Position numbers and translations under genes: made by a program. From Spirochaetia bacterium (GTDB lineage Bacteria; Spirochaetota; Spirochaetia; SP-2023), in contig OZ253665.1 in the NCBI GenBank assembly GCA_965263295.1, forward strand, positions 160,001 to 224,000: a stretch of 64,000 nt of DNA, given 5' to 3'. Shown here one piece after another: positions 19,512-29,906 of this stretch. Position 1 is the stretch's first letter; every line of letters starts with the position of its first letter. A model generated the notes under the pieces. The model searched no databases. It was not told where the DNA came from and saw nothing but the letters and a program-made list of their open reading frames with translations.

Positions 19512-20756
19512 CTAGCGCAAGAAATCCATCAGGCTGGTATTCATGGTGCGAGCTGCAGCCATATAGGCGGCCGTCTGGGAGTTTTGCAATTCTTTCAGTT
19601 CCATGATAGCCTGGCTGATGTCGATAGAACGTTCTTCTGTATCCATTGCGGTGTAATTGTATTGTTCCTCGCGCAACAAATTCCCGAGGTTCTCGGCGCG
19701 CTCCTGGCGCGCGCCGAAAGACGTACGGACTGAGCTGACGTTGGCAATACTGGCGTCAATGGCGGCCAGGTAACGACTGCCCACAGCTTCCGAATCGCCA
19801 CTGAGCAAGGCGTCGCGCAGCCCAATCACTACGTCAAAGATCGACGCTCCGCCTTGTTGGGCCTCGCCGTCAATGTTGTAAGGGGGGCGGTTATGCTCTG
19901 TAAGGCCAAGTCTTTGCAGGTTGTCTGTATCATTGGCCTCTTGTAACCAAATTTGATGAGGCTCCGTGCTTTGCAAGACAATGCCGCGATTCATTGGCGA
20001 AATTTCTGCACGCACAGCGGCTCCACTCTCATTGATTTTAGCTACGATACTGCGGGCGTTGTCACCCACTTCCAGGGGAATATGGATACCATCGATACTG
20101 AAGCTACTGGGCTGCTGTACGAAAAAGTTGTCGCTGTTGACATTGCTCGCAATACTTTGAGATTGGGCCCAGAAGAGTTTACTGCCGGGCACAGTGGCCT
20201 CAATGTACTTACCGTCTAGGACTTCCAGGGAGCGCGCCTGGTCATTGCCCGTGTAACGTACCTTAGCTATGGCATTTCTACCTAGCCCGGCAACGAAACC
20301 CTCTTCGCTGGCAAATGCGCTGACACTGGCTTCAGTGCCACCAAACAAGGCCGTGCCATATTCGTCGCGGGCATTGGCGACACTGAGCAAATCCTGCAAC
20401 AATTCGTTGGCGACCAGGCCAATCTGCTGTAGATCCGCTTTCGCATAGGTCCCACTAGCGCCTTGTACCGCCATGGTGCGCAGCTCCTGCAGATTGCTCA
20501 TTGCCCGGTTCATCTGGCTTTCTGCAAGTTGAAAACGTTCGTTGACGTGGATAATCTGATCGCTGTATTTCTCTAGGCGGCTGAGTTGCGAAAGGTAGCG
20601 CGAAGCGCGAGTCGCGGCAATAGTGTTGTCGCCCAGCATATCATATTTTTGATTGCTGCCGATCTGATTCATCAACTTGTTGACTTTTTCGTCTTTTTGG
20701 CGGGCGTAGTGGCGAATGTCGTCGCTACTTTGATATGTGCTGGTTCGGATATTCAT
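19512..20756 (-). CDS. flgL: Flagellar hook-associated protein 3
   Basis: Flagellin-like termini (LRTMAVQGASGT; SLMDFLR), directly downstream of flgK. Confidence 0.93.
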   Translation of the reverse strand: MNIRTSTYQSSDDIRHYARQKDEKVNKLMNQIGSNQKYDMLGDNTIAATRASRYLSQLSRLEKYSDQIIHVNERFQLAESQMNRAMSNLQELRTMAVQGASGTYAKADLQQIGLVANELLQDLLSVANARDEYGTALFGGTEASVSAFASEEGFVAGLGRNAIAKVRYTGNDQARSLEVLDGKYIEATVPGSKLFWAQSQSIASNVNSDNFFVQQPSSFSIDGIHIPLEVGDNARSIVAKINESGAAVRAEISPMNRGIVLQSTEPHQIWLQEANDTDNLQRLGLTEHNRPPYNIDGEAQQGGASIFDVVIGLRDALLSGDSEAVGSRYLAAIDASIANVSSVRTSFGARQERAENLGNLLREEQYNYTAMDTEERSIDISQAIMELKELQNSQTAAYMAAARTMNTSLMDFLR

Positions 20757-20793
20757 AAAATCTACTCCTACGGCCTGTGGTGCCGGCCTAACT

Positions 20794-22755
20794 CTAGGCT
20801 CCTACTTGGTTGATCAAGACGTCCATCAGTTTGTCGAAGGTGGCGATAAATCGGGCCGCGGCATTATAACCGTGCTGAAACTTTATCATGTTGGTGAATT
20901 CTTCGTCTAGGTTGACCCCACTCACCTCTTTGCGCATATCTTCAAGTTCCTTTAACTCTTCGGTAAAAGTTGTGAGGAACAAACCGGCCTGATGTTCCTT
21001 GGCTCCGATTTCGGCAATGTTGCTGGCAAAAAAGTCACCCATGGTTTCGCGGCCACCGAACATAAGAGGCTGGTGAGCCAGTGCGGCAATTTCCAGGGCC
21101 ACTTCATTGTTACCCAAGGGAGCACCCAAGGGAGCACTCAGGGGGCCGGACGGGGTAGCACTCAAGGGGTCGGGCTTGGCCGAGCTGATACTGGCTGGGT
21201 CTTTAAGGATCGCTTGATTGACTCGTATTGAAGCGGAAGGGTTGCGCTGCAGTTGGACCTGCCACTTGGCTCCCGGCTCGCCACCATTTTCGTCGTCCAA
21301 GCTGGCCTGACGCAGCAGCAAAGCCTGGTCGGGTTGGCTGGCATCAAATACGTTGCCCGGTTCTTGCGGGTTTTGACTTTGCATCAAGCCACTGTATTGG
21401 GTTAAAAAATATGAATTGTCGGCGATATAGGACAGTGCAAATTCACCGATACTGCTCTGTGCCGTGGCGTGCAGCTGGAGTTTGCCGTCGCGATCTAAAC
21501 GCGCCTTGACATCGGCGCCGGCCTGGTTTATGCGCTCAATTACGGCCTGCACGGTATCCGTGGCATTGTATGGCACAGCGACATTGCCGCCGGCGGCGCC
21601 CAGCGTCAGTTCGCCACTGATGCCTAAAACGTCAGTGTGGCTGAGCTTTTCTGTGCCGCTGATCTGGTAAAGGCGTGTTTGGTCAAAGGCGCCATCGCCA
21701 TTACTATCGTAATTACCCAGAGGATTGCCGGTTTCGCTGAAGACTTCAAAGAAGTTTTGTGCGGTTTTACCGTTGAGCCCCACGCCAGAGCTGTGAATCT
21801 CGTTGACTTGGGCCACATAGGTCATGGTCAGTTCGTCGATTTGGCGAATCTCTTGAGCCAGATCTTTGTCGCGAAGGTCTAGCAAAGCTTTGAGTGAGCC
21901 GCCTGTGAGTTGCACGGGCTCAAGCTCTACTTGGGTATTGCCACTAGTCCTGGGCCAGACCACTTGAAAGTAGCCGCCGTTGTCGGAGCTGGCCAGGAGC
22001 TGGAAGTTTTGAACGTCTGCGCCCTGAACTAGGCGGAAACCGCCGACATGAACCTGATATTCGTCGGCATCGCGCATATCGGAACTGATGTCAATATACT
22101 GAGAAAGTTTCTGAACCAGAGAATCGCGCCGGTCGAGCAAATCATTGGGCTGGTCGCCGACCGCCAAAGAGCGCTGTATCTGTTTATTTAAGCTTCCAAT
22201 GTTATTGACGAGATCATTGACTTCTTTAACCTGGATGCGGACTTCGTCATTAATCTGATTGCGCAGTCCGTTAAGGCGCTCAAAGCGCAGGTTTATGTGG
22301 TCTGCCAGGCTTTGACCGCGGTAGGCAATTTGCTGGCGTGCGTCCAAATTCGCCGGGTCAGTCGAGAGGTTTTGCCAAGATTCCCAGAATTGATCAACTA
22401 TCTTGCGGATTGAATTGCCATCGTTTTCGTGGTAGAGTTTGTCGATCTGTCCCAAATATTGGCTGCGGACTTGCCAATGGGAAGTTTTTTCTTGAGATTG
22501 CAAGATCTGCCTGTCGATAAAAAAATCGCGCACGCGCTCAATACGGGTTATCGCTACGCCTGTGCCCATCTGTCCGGCTCGCTCGGGCCGGCTCAGATCG
22601 GGGGCAGATAGGGCTTCAGTCGGGCTCATGCGCACGCGCTGGCGACTGTAGCCTTCGGTCGAAGAATTGCTAATATTGTGCGCTACGGTACTCAGCGCGC
22701 TCTGATGGCCCATCAGGCCGCGCTTGCCTGTCTCTAATTGCCCAAATGTGCTCAT
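20794..22755 (-). CDS. flgK: Flagellar hook-associated protein 1
   Basis: HNISNSSTEGYSRQ, NDLLDRRD, SGVNLDEEFTNMIKFQHGYNAAAR. Confidence 0.97.
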   Translation of the reverse strand: MSTFGQLETGKRGLMGHQSALSTVAHNISNSSTEGYSRQRVRMSPTEALSAPDLSRPERAGQMGTGVAITRIERVRDFFIDRQILQSQEKTSHWQVRSQYLGQIDKLYHENDGNSIRKIVDQFWESWQNLSTDPANLDARQQIAYRGQSLADHINLRFERLNGLRNQINDEVRIQVKEVNDLVNNIGSLNKQIQRSLAVGDQPNDLLDRRDSLVQKLSQYIDISSDMRDADEYQVHVGGFRLVQGADVQNFQLLASSDNGGYFQVVWPRTSGNTQVELEPVQLTGGSLKALLDLRDKDLAQEIRQIDELTMTYVAQVNEIHSSGVGLNGKTAQNFFEVFSETGNPLGNYDSNGDGAFDQTRLYQISGTEKLSHTDVLGISGELTLGAAGGNVAVPYNATDTVQAVIERINQAGADVKARLDRDGKLQLHATAQSSIGEFALSYIADNSYFLTQYSGLMQSQNPQEPGNVFDASQPDQALLLRQASLDDENGGEPGAKWQVQLQRNPSASIRVNQAILKDPASISSAKPDPLSATPSGPLSAPLGAPLGNNEVALEIAALAHQPLMFGGRETMGDFFASNIAEIGAKEHQAGLFLTTFTEELKELEDMRKEVSGVNLDEEFTNMIKFQHGYNAAARFIATFDKLMDVLINQVGA

Positions 22756-22785
22756 TTTAACTCCTGGAACTCCCGCTGACTGTCT

Positions 22786-22845
22786 GCTCGGCTAAGCCTC
22801 GGCATGAAAATCTCGCTCGGCTAAGCCTCGCTATTGAAAATTCTT
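22786..22845. repeat. 29-bp-period tandem duplication of the flgN 3' end
   Basis: GCTCGGCTAAGCCTCG at 22786-22801 and 22815-22830, each followed by a TGAAAAT-containing segment. Confidence 0.8.
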
Positions 22846-23360
22846 GCTGGCGCTGCCACTTGCGGTTGATACGAGCTACCTGCCCGGCCATAGACCTGGC
22901 CGCGATCCAGCTCGTCGTCTTTTAGGGCAGAGAGAAACCCTTGAATCATTTCTTGCTTTTCCTGACTGTAGTGCTGCAGCACCTGTAATTCACTTTGACG
23001 CCGCACCAAGCTGTCGCGCAGCTCTTGCCATATCTGACGTATACGTGGCCGTTGCTCGCTGGGCAAGAGGGGAAGGAGCTCGCTAATTCTTAACAGTTGC
23101 GGTGTTTCTTGCTGAGCTTGTCGTTCAGCCTGGAGCCGCTTCTGTAACTGAGTTCGCAGTTCAAGAATTTGCTTGCTGATGCGGCTTTGTTCGCGAGCCA
23201 AAAACTCCATGCGTTCGAGATCCCGATTCAACAATGACCAGGTCTTGTCTTTGATCGCATCGCGCATTTCCTGATATAAAGTTGCCTGATCGCCAGTCAA
23301 TTCAAGCAACTTGGAAAAGTACTGGCAAAGTTGTTCGCAATATTCTGCTAAGTTGGGCAT
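22821..23360 (-). CDS. flgN: Flagellar export chaperone FlgN
   Basis: Helical protein ending in VYGRAG...RIFNSEA directly upstream of flgK; ATG 23360 chosen after a GAAGGA RBS. Confidence 0.75.
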   Translation of the reverse strand: MPNLAEYCEQLCQYFSKLLELTGDQATLYQEMRDAIKDKTWSLLNRDLERMEFLAREQSRISKQILELRTQLQKRLQAERQAQQETPQLLRISELLPLLPSEQRPRIRQIWQELRDSLVRRQSELQVLQHYSQEKQEMIQGFLSALKDDELDRGQVYGRAGSSYQPQVAAPARIFNSEA

Positions 23361-23705
23361 GGGATCCTTCCTGTATTGCGTTGAAATACTCCCTCTCACA
23401 GCGGGCCTCTCTCTCGTCTATACGTCATTTCTGGGCATCGCCGGCTTAACCAGCTGGCTGAAAAAGCCCGACATTGCTGAAGCTTTGCTGCAGGGTCGAC
23501 GGAGGACAAGACCGCGAGACTCTTTAGTTTGTCGGTTATTTTTCCCGTTCCATGAGTAAAAAAATATGAGTAAAAAATCTGCGTGAGAAAATCTATTTGC
23601 CCCGGATCTTAGGAAGACCGGCATTGTGCTTGCGGGACAAGAAGTTCTGCAATATTATGAACACCCGTTTTACTGTCCATAGAAAATAAACCAATCCAGA
23701 GAGAT

Positions 23706-24326
23706 TTGATGATTAAAAGTTTTAAAGCATTGTTGTTTTTGGCTGTACTGTTGTTGCCCAGCGCTTGCCTGAGCTTAAAAATTGCCGTGCACCTACCCGA
23801 CGAAAAAGGGGAGAGTGGCAATCTTGAACTGGAGTATCGCTTTAGCGAAAGCCTGCAAAATATTTCAAATTACCCCGCTCCGCGAGACGACATGGCACCG
23901 TTACCGCTCCCGTTATGGGAGTGGGATTTTCGCGCCATCGCGGCCCAAAGCCCGACGATTCAGCTGCTGAATTACGCATTTCAGCCGGCAAAAAATGCGG
24001 ATGAAACGGGCTTGGTGCGGGCTGAGCTCAGTTTTGCCAGCGAGGATGACCTGCACTTACTTTTGGGTCCTGAGATCCAGTGGCGGGGCAAGCGATTTTC
24101 CTGGCGGCTTTCGGCAGCCAGCGTTGAGCGTAGCGATGCCAGTTGGCCACAGTTGGACGGAGATTTAAGTTCGAAAGAGACAAACTTGCTTGAGGAATTC
24201 TTCGCTGGGCAGACACTGAAATGTTCTGTTGATGGTGGCGACATTGTCCAGAGGCAAATTCAAGAGTTGGCTTTGGCGGATTTCTTGACGGGGAAGCGGG
24301 ATATTGAGATTCAATCTGCCAATTAG
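23706..24326 (+). CDS. Hypothetical lipoprotein
   Basis: Signal peptide KSFKALLFLAVLLLPSAC with lipobox Cys. Confidence 0.7.
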   Translation: MMIKSFKALLFLAVLLLPSACLSLKIAVHLPDEKGESGNLELEYRFSESLQNISNYPAPRDDMAPLPLPLWEWDFRAIAAQSPTIQLLNYAFQPAKNADETGLVRAELSFASEDDLHLLLGPEIQWRGKRFSWRLSAASVERSDASWPQLDGDLSSKETNLLEEFFAGQTLKCSVDGGDIVQRQIQELALADFLTGKRDIEIQSAN

Positions 24327-24374
24327 GGATGCGGGGATATAAGCAGAAATGTAAAAATATGAGAGGGCATAGCA

Positions 24375-24818
24375 ATGGCTGTAATAATGTGTAGTGGTTT
24401 TGCTGAAGAATTGTATTCGACTGTTCAAACTGCAGGGAACATCGACCGCAATACGGCAATTGTCACCCTGAAAAAGGGCGACTTGCCTTTGAAATTGAAC
24501 GATATTGCTGAGCGTGGTGTCAGCCTGCAAAGCTCCGGTGCCGAAGGGAAAATCCTTGAAACTGGGCGTTATGTGATTTTTAACGGCAGTCGCAGCGCCC
24601 TGGAGGGCGTAATGAAGGGCTTTAGGACGGCATACCGACCCGGCGCGGGCTCTGTGATTTTTGCTGTGTTGACGGATACGGCAAAGACCTGGACTTTGCA
24701 ATACTACCTGGACGAGCTGTCGCGGGAACACGCAGAAATGCTCAAGTACCGCGCACGGGGGCAGATGGCGGCTGTGATGCAACGTGAAGGCAAGGCAGGC
24801 AAAACTCCGTCTAATTGA
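24375..24818 (+). CDS. DUF3783-like protein
   Basis: C-terminal IFAVLTDTAKTWTLQYYLDELSREH pattern recalled for this family; GAGGG RBS. Confidence 0.6.
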   Translation: MAVIMCSGFAEELYSTVQTAGNIDRNTAIVTLKKGDLPLKLNDIAERGVSLQSSGAEGKILETGRYVIFNGSRSALEGVMKGFRTAYRPGAGSVIFAVLTDTAKTWTLQYYLDELSREHAEMLKYRARGQMAAVMQREGKAGKTPSN

Positions 24819-24903
24819 TCCGACTCAGGCAACTGCGTGTGTGAGTGACTAACTCAATTGGCAAGCGGCTCAAAGAAAAGCCTTATGTTTTTTGTGGGGC
24901 CAC

Positions 24904-26067
24904 TTAGGAACGACCACGCAGCAGTGCGGCGGTATTACTGTCAAAGGTAGAAAGATTAAGATTACCCTGTTCCTGTAAATTTTTGATCTTGTCATTCTCA
25001 TTCTCAAAATCGTATACGAAGGCTGAAATTAAATTGCGATCGTGATAATCAATTTTCTCAATACAATTTTGGAGAATGACGGCATCGATCTCTGTGTTAC
25101 GCAATTGAGCGTATCCCATGATTTTACAGATAAATTCAATGGTTTGATTGTCGTATGGGTTTAGATAGCTCACACTAATGAAAGAATTCTTGGGAAATTT
25201 AATATGGGACAACACGCCACAACCGGTCATTGATATATCACATAGCAAGGCATTTATACTGTCGCCATTGACTCTAAAGGAATTGCCATCTGTACGCAGA
25301 GGCACAACTGAGGCAGCAGTCTGTAACTTCTTACGGTTGTAACGCCGAGCGCCCAGAATGATCTCTGGTTTTTTGCCGTGGTCCATGACGAGAAGTTTCT
25401 TGCGTTTCCGGTCGCTAATATAGCCTCGTACCCGGCTGGGATATATGGCTCTATCACCATCTTTTACCAGTTCAATTTTGACCTCATTGCCCCGCGGCAA
25501 ACTACTTGGGTGTCCATTTAACAGTTTTACTTCAAAGAAGGCTCTGTGGTGGGAAATTAACTTACCGACAAAACGATCCTTCTGGGTTTGATCTTTGTTT
25601 AAGACATTAAGGTAAAAACGTGAGCCTTCGGGAATTTTATGGGTATTCTTAGGAAAGATATTTTTGTGCAGAAAATTTTCCAGCTTTTGTGCCACACTGA
25701 ATATATAGAAGCGGGCCAGCTCGACATCGCACAGGAAGTTCTCAGGTTGGGTGTAAGTTGCGCGATATATCTGACGCATGATATTTTGCCCAAATCGGTA
25801 GTCATAGAATATTTCTAGAGATTGAGGGATTTGCGTACTGCGAAAGTAGTCTTGCAGAAATATTCGTTCGTCTTGAGTGAACTCTGCGGCCTCAGATAGT
25901 TCTTTGAACTTTTTAGGAGAAAACCTTAACCTCACTAAGTATTTTTTTTGCCATAAATTGAAATAACGGCTCAAAATGATGATAATTGCAGCTACCCCCA
26001 GGCAGACGACTACAATTAAAAATGCGACCGCGCTGTTATTGGGTTGTATTGTAGGCAGTACATGCAT
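24904..26067 (-). CDS. Membrane-anchored PilZ-domain c-di-GMP receptor
   Basis: N-terminal TM helix; intact RRYNR (RxxxR) and DISMTG (DxSxxG) motifs. Confidence 0.85.
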   Translation of the reverse strand: MHVLPTIQPNNSAVAFLIVVVCLGVAAIIIILSRYFNLWQKKYLVRLRFSPKKFKELSEAAEFTQDERIFLQDYFRSTQIPQSLEIFYDYRFGQNIMRQIYRATYTQPENFLCDVELARFYIFSVAQKLENFLHKNIFPKNTHKIPEGSRFYLNVLNKDQTQKDRFVGKLISHHRAFFEVKLLNGHPSSLPRGNEVKIELVKDGDRAIYPSRVRGYISDRKRKKLLVMDHGKKPEIILGARRYNRKKLQTAASVVPLRTDGNSFRVNGDSINALLCDISMTGCGVLSHIKFPKNSFISVSYLNPYDNQTIEFICKIMGYAQLRNTEIDAVILQNCIEKIDYHDRNLISAFVYDFENENDKIKNLQEQGNLNLSTFDSNTAALLRGRS

Positions 26068-26166
26068 GTCTTATGTCCCTTTTGCGAGGCAGTCCCTCAG
26101 GATTGAGTCCTTTGATTATATTAATTAATGTTAATTCTCCCAAGACAGTATTTCAAAACAATATTT

Positions 26167-27282
26167 TTAGTTTAATTGTTCGATAATCCGTTGTAGCAGA
26201 GGGATAATTTCATATTCGATTAAGTCGCCGAAAGTCACAGTATCAATTGTTTCAATTGCTTGGCTCAGCTCCTTAAGGAAAGGTCCTAGTTGGGTAAAAA
26301 GCTTTTTAATTTGGTAATTGTATTGTAATTCTTGTTGTTGTAATAGCTGCTCCAGCAAGAGAGATAACTCTGATACATGGTAAAGAATGTCTTGAACTTG
26401 GCCATTTTGTAATTGAGTGAACGACTCTTCCAGCTGTTGGATTTTATGTATGAGTTGGTCGCGGAGTTCGCCAACGTTTATATCACTTAAAGTAGTTGCC
26501 TGGGCTATCTCTACTTTAAGCTGCGGATTGCTTACTGTTTCCAATGGTTTTTCTGGCTCTTGGTTTGGGCGAGAGAGCCATGCCTCATAGCCATTGTGCA
26601 GATTTTTTATCAGAGATGAAATACCCTGAAAGGTTGTCAGCATGCGTTCTTTTTTATCGTATATGGCATCCTTGTGCCACTGTTTCACTGCTTCTGTGTT
26701 GTACTGGCTGTTCTGAAAGTATTGCCATTGTTCCAAGCTATCTTTTAACTCGGTGATTAAGGGGTTCTCATCGGTGCCGCTATCGTTCTTTTCTGTGTGT
26801 TGTGGACCATCTTCGCGCCAAAGGCTGGACTCCACTTGCGTTACAATGCGCTGCAGCAGTTCTACCAGAGCTCCGCTGTCACTGAAAAAATCTTGCAAGA
26901 AAATAAACTGTTGATTCTCAAAAGCTGACCGTGCTAGCTGAAAAAAATCACCAAGAGTTTTTAAGGATTCTAGCACGGTATTTTCGCTTTCAGATATGAC
27001 GCACTTGTGCGCTTGGCTCAGCTCCAGTTGTTTGTATGCTTGCATTGGAGTACTGTATATTTCAAGTTTTTCGATCTGCTTTAATTCTTGTTGAAATAAA
27101 TCAAAGTCCCACTCGCCGTCAGGTTGATCTTGTAGAGTATAATATTTCCCATCCAAAATAAACTCTTTTAGGCAGTGAGAATCGGACTCCAACCAATTCA
27201 CAATGTCACGTAGCACTTCTGCCAAGAGCTCTTCGTTTTCGAGTTTCACCTCAAGTTCTTCACCATTTAATAAAATCTGCAT
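26167..27282 (-). CDS. Conserved-type hypothetical acidic helical protein
   Basis: Long ORF, GAGG RBS before ATG 27282; N-terminal ILLNGEELEVKLENE and C-terminal DTVTFGDLIEYEIIP resemble spirochaete hypothetical proteins. Confidence 0.7.
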   Translation of the reverse strand: MQILLNGEELEVKLENEELLAEVLRDIVNWLESDSHCLKEFILDGKYYTLQDQPDGEWDFDLFQQELKQIEKLEIYSTPMQAYKQLELSQAHKCVISESENTVLESLKTLGDFFQLARSAFENQQFIFLQDFFSDSGALVELLQRIVTQVESSLWREDGPQHTEKNDSGTDENPLITELKDSLEQWQYFQNSQYNTEAVKQWHKDAIYDKKERMLTTFQGISSLIKNLHNGYEAWLSRPNQEPEKPLETVSNPQLKVEIAQATTLSDINVGELRDQLIHKIQQLEESFTQLQNGQVQDILYHVSELSLLLEQLLQQQELQYNYQIKKLFTQLGPFLKELSQAIETIDTVTFGDLIEYEIIPLLQRIIEQLN

Positions 27283-27481
27283 GTTATACCTCATGGATTT
27301 CAGAGCCAAGCTCGTTCGCTCGCCAGGCGCTCTGGGGCTTATCGGTTTGGAGAGCCTGCCGTCAATCTTTGTTTTGTCTACACTGCTTATATTTTAGGAT
27401 GATTCTAACAATAGGTGGCGGCGTCTGCGGGCAGGTAAGGAATCTGTGACTTGCGCGGAACAGAATGCAAAAACGGCTCCA

Positions 27482-27811
27482 CTAGGATAAGAGCTCCTCT
27501 ATTTCTTTTAATGCTTCAGCTCTTTCTTTGATCCCTGTTTTTTTAATTGCTTTGCGGATAATTGTGTCTATTTTTTCGGGAGGAAAAGAAGCCTTGATTT
27601 CTTCAATTAATTCTAATATTTCTACACTGTGGTTGATATTGTAAATTCTAGTGTTGTCATGAAAAAATAAGTCTTCCAGTTGGTCTATGTACTCGCCAAC
27701 TGTACGCGACATGCCACTTACTTCTTTTGATGCCTTACGCTCTAGGACTTCTTCTTTTTTTCTTGCCCGTTTGGCTTCTCGGTCGCGGCGTTCCAACTCT
27801 GTCCTTTTCAT
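27482..27811 (-). CDS. Hypothetical protein with charged N-terminal helix
   Basis: GAGGT RBS; co-oriented in a gene run; MKRTELERRDRE start. Confidence 0.75.
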   Translation of the reverse strand: MKRTELERRDREAKRARKKEEVLERKASKEVSGMSRTVGEYIDQLEDLFFHDNTRIYNINHSVEILELIEEIKASFPPEKIDTIIRKAIKKTGIKERAEALKEIEELLS

Positions 27812-27855
27812 TATTTACCTCTTAAATTTTGACTATTAAACCAGCATTGTCTCAT

Positions 27856-29118
27856 TCAGTCGTCTTTGTAGTGATTCTGAATTTGCTCAATAATAGGATA
27901 AATTTCAAAGAATATTTCAACAAGTTCTGGATCAAACTTTGAGCCTTTTGACTTACGAATTTCTTCGGCCACATCCTCTTTTGACCAGGAATCTTTATAG
28001 ACCCGGACCGAAGACAAAGCATCAAAAACATCAGAGATAGCTACGATTCTGGCCTCAATGGGGATTTCTTCTCCTCTAAGCCCGGCATTTTTACCATTTC
28101 CATCTAATGCCAGAGGCTCCCAGGTTTCCTCGTTGACGTGGCCGGGATAACCTGTTCCGTCCCAGTTTTCGTGGTGCCGCAAAGCTATATTGCGCGAGAC
28201 TACGTCTAGTTCCGATTCTTTATTGCGAAATAGTTCGGCACCGATAATTGTATGCCCTTGCATGACGCGGAATTCTTCTATTGTAAAACGTGCGGGTTTC
28301 TTGAGTATCATGTCGGAGATGCCAACCTTCCCCACATCGTGAAGCATGGCAGCCATACGCAGGCTGTCACAGTAACGCAGAATCTGGGCGGGGCTCAAAC
28401 CCCTACGTTTCGCCCAGGCTTTATATATTTCCACTGAAAAAGTTCCCACGCGGTTGACATGAGCTCCCGTCTCCTTAGGGTCGCGCAGACTGGCCATCCG
28501 GATCATACGCATTAAAATAGCGCGTGTCATCTTGGCCCGTTGTAAGGCTACCGTGGCTACGGCGGCATAATGTCCCAGAAAAGCCTCATCTTCTTTCTGA
28601 AAAGGGACTACTCTAGCACTTTCATCTTGTGCATTAAGTAACTGTAATACTCCAAGCACTTCTTTTTGATTGGTGATTAGCGGAAAAGAAATACTAGATT
28701 TGGTGTGATAGCCAGTTTCTTCGTCGAAGCGACTACTAAAACTGTAAGGAGCACGCGGATCAATCTGGTACATATCTTCAATTCTTACCATTCTACCTTG
28801 GCCGGCAACGTAACCGGAAATCGTGCTGTCATCAATATCCAGTTTAATATTCAGGTATTTGGGACGATCATTTTCGGGCTTATTCTTATCCAGAGTATCG
28901 TTCTGAGCACTGCGAATGCAGAGATGTCTGTCTTCTATTGTATATATTGATCCAGCGTCAGCTTTGACGGCTTTGCGGGCTTCATAGAGAATTTGGTCGA
29001 GAAGCAACTCTACGTCCTGAGTCTGATTGAGTTTCTGGTCAATTTCAAGAATAAAGTTCAACTTTTCATCTATAGTCATTTGATTCTTACCATCCTCTTC
29101 TGACAAAATTGGTTCCAA
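27856..29118 (-). CDS. GAF + HD-GYP c-di-GMP phosphodiesterase
   Basis: GAF (FDEETGYHTKS...LGVLQLLN), ETGAHVNRV, LHDVGKVG, HHENWDGTGYPG, DVFDAL, RVYK. Confidence 0.92.
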   Translation of the reverse strand: MEPILSEEDGKNQMTIDEKLNFILEIDQKLNQTQDVELLLDQILYEARKAVKADAGSIYTIEDRHLCIRSAQNDTLDKNKPENDRPKYLNIKLDIDDSTISGYVAGQGRMVRIEDMYQIDPRAPYSFSSRFDEETGYHTKSSISFPLITNQKEVLGVLQLLNAQDESARVVPFQKEDEAFLGHYAAVATVALQRAKMTRAILMRMIRMASLRDPKETGAHVNRVGTFSVEIYKAWAKRRGLSPAQILRYCDSLRMAAMLHDVGKVGISDMILKKPARFTIEEFRVMQGHTIIGAELFRNKESELDVVSRNIALRHHENWDGTGYPGHVNEETWEPLALDGNGKNAGLRGEEIPIEARIVAISDVFDALSSVRVYKDSWSKEDVAEEIRKSKGSKFDPELVEIFFEIYPIIEQIQNHYKDD

Positions 29119-29794
29119 CTTGTATTTTTAATAATGTTCATACAAAGCCTTCTGTATTTCTTAGTTCCAGTAACTTGGGAAACTACGAAACCATTCTGCG
29201 ATGCAGTTTATGCTACCCAGGAGTTAATTCCTGGTAATTGCAGTGTGCACATCTTAACATATTAGATTTATAGTTTGCACTAAAAATGGATTTTATTTGA
29301 CTTGACAGATGTTTTCAAGAATGGATTTTATCTATATAGGGCCTGATTGTTATCGAGACAAAAATTAGTTGGACACTGTTTGACGATATGACATACTCGT
29401 AGAGTATGGTTAAAAAGTAGTTATGTCAAATTTTCATATTCACTTAGAATGAGCCATATTTATCTAGAATAATGACTTGTTGGTGAGTAAATCTCAAATA
29501 TGATACATAGGTCAAGTTAATTTTGTATTTTAAAAATTTTATATCTTTTTTCATTTGATATTATGATTATTATCTCGATATTACTTCAATTCTGATTACT
29601 GCCTGTTAAAACAGCTTTTATTTTCATCCAAGATTCACAGATATAATTAATACAAGTGTAAATTTTACATTCTTCTAAATTTTATTTATTACTTTATTTT
29701 TATATCGGCAAGGTATTGCACTAAATAGCTTTTTTGTATTTGTTTAAAACTAGATATATTACATGAAGTAAATTTCTTATTTTTTAGGAAAATC

Positions 29795-29823
29795 TTGTAA
29801 TACTTTTGGCACCATAATATAAT
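29795..29823 (+). promoter_or_regulatory. Near-consensus sigma70 promoter of the AT-hook gene
   Basis: TTGTAA-17 nt-TATAAT with AT-rich upstream DNA; GGAGG RBS before ATG 29907. Confidence 0.75.
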
Positions 29824-29906
29824 GAGTTTTAAATAGTTATAAAATTTGTATTTGTTCTGGAATGAATATCCAGCTTAAAAATATGTAAACTTTGGAGGTA
29901 TAACTT

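Noticed and set aside
23400..23705. sigma28 promoter for the flgN-flgK operon
   Set aside because: Only a weak ACCGACAA -10 with no matching -35 at the right spacing.
29119..29906. Replication origin
   Set aside because: AT-rich, but no clustered TTATCCACA-type DnaA boxes and no dnaA/dnaN nearby.
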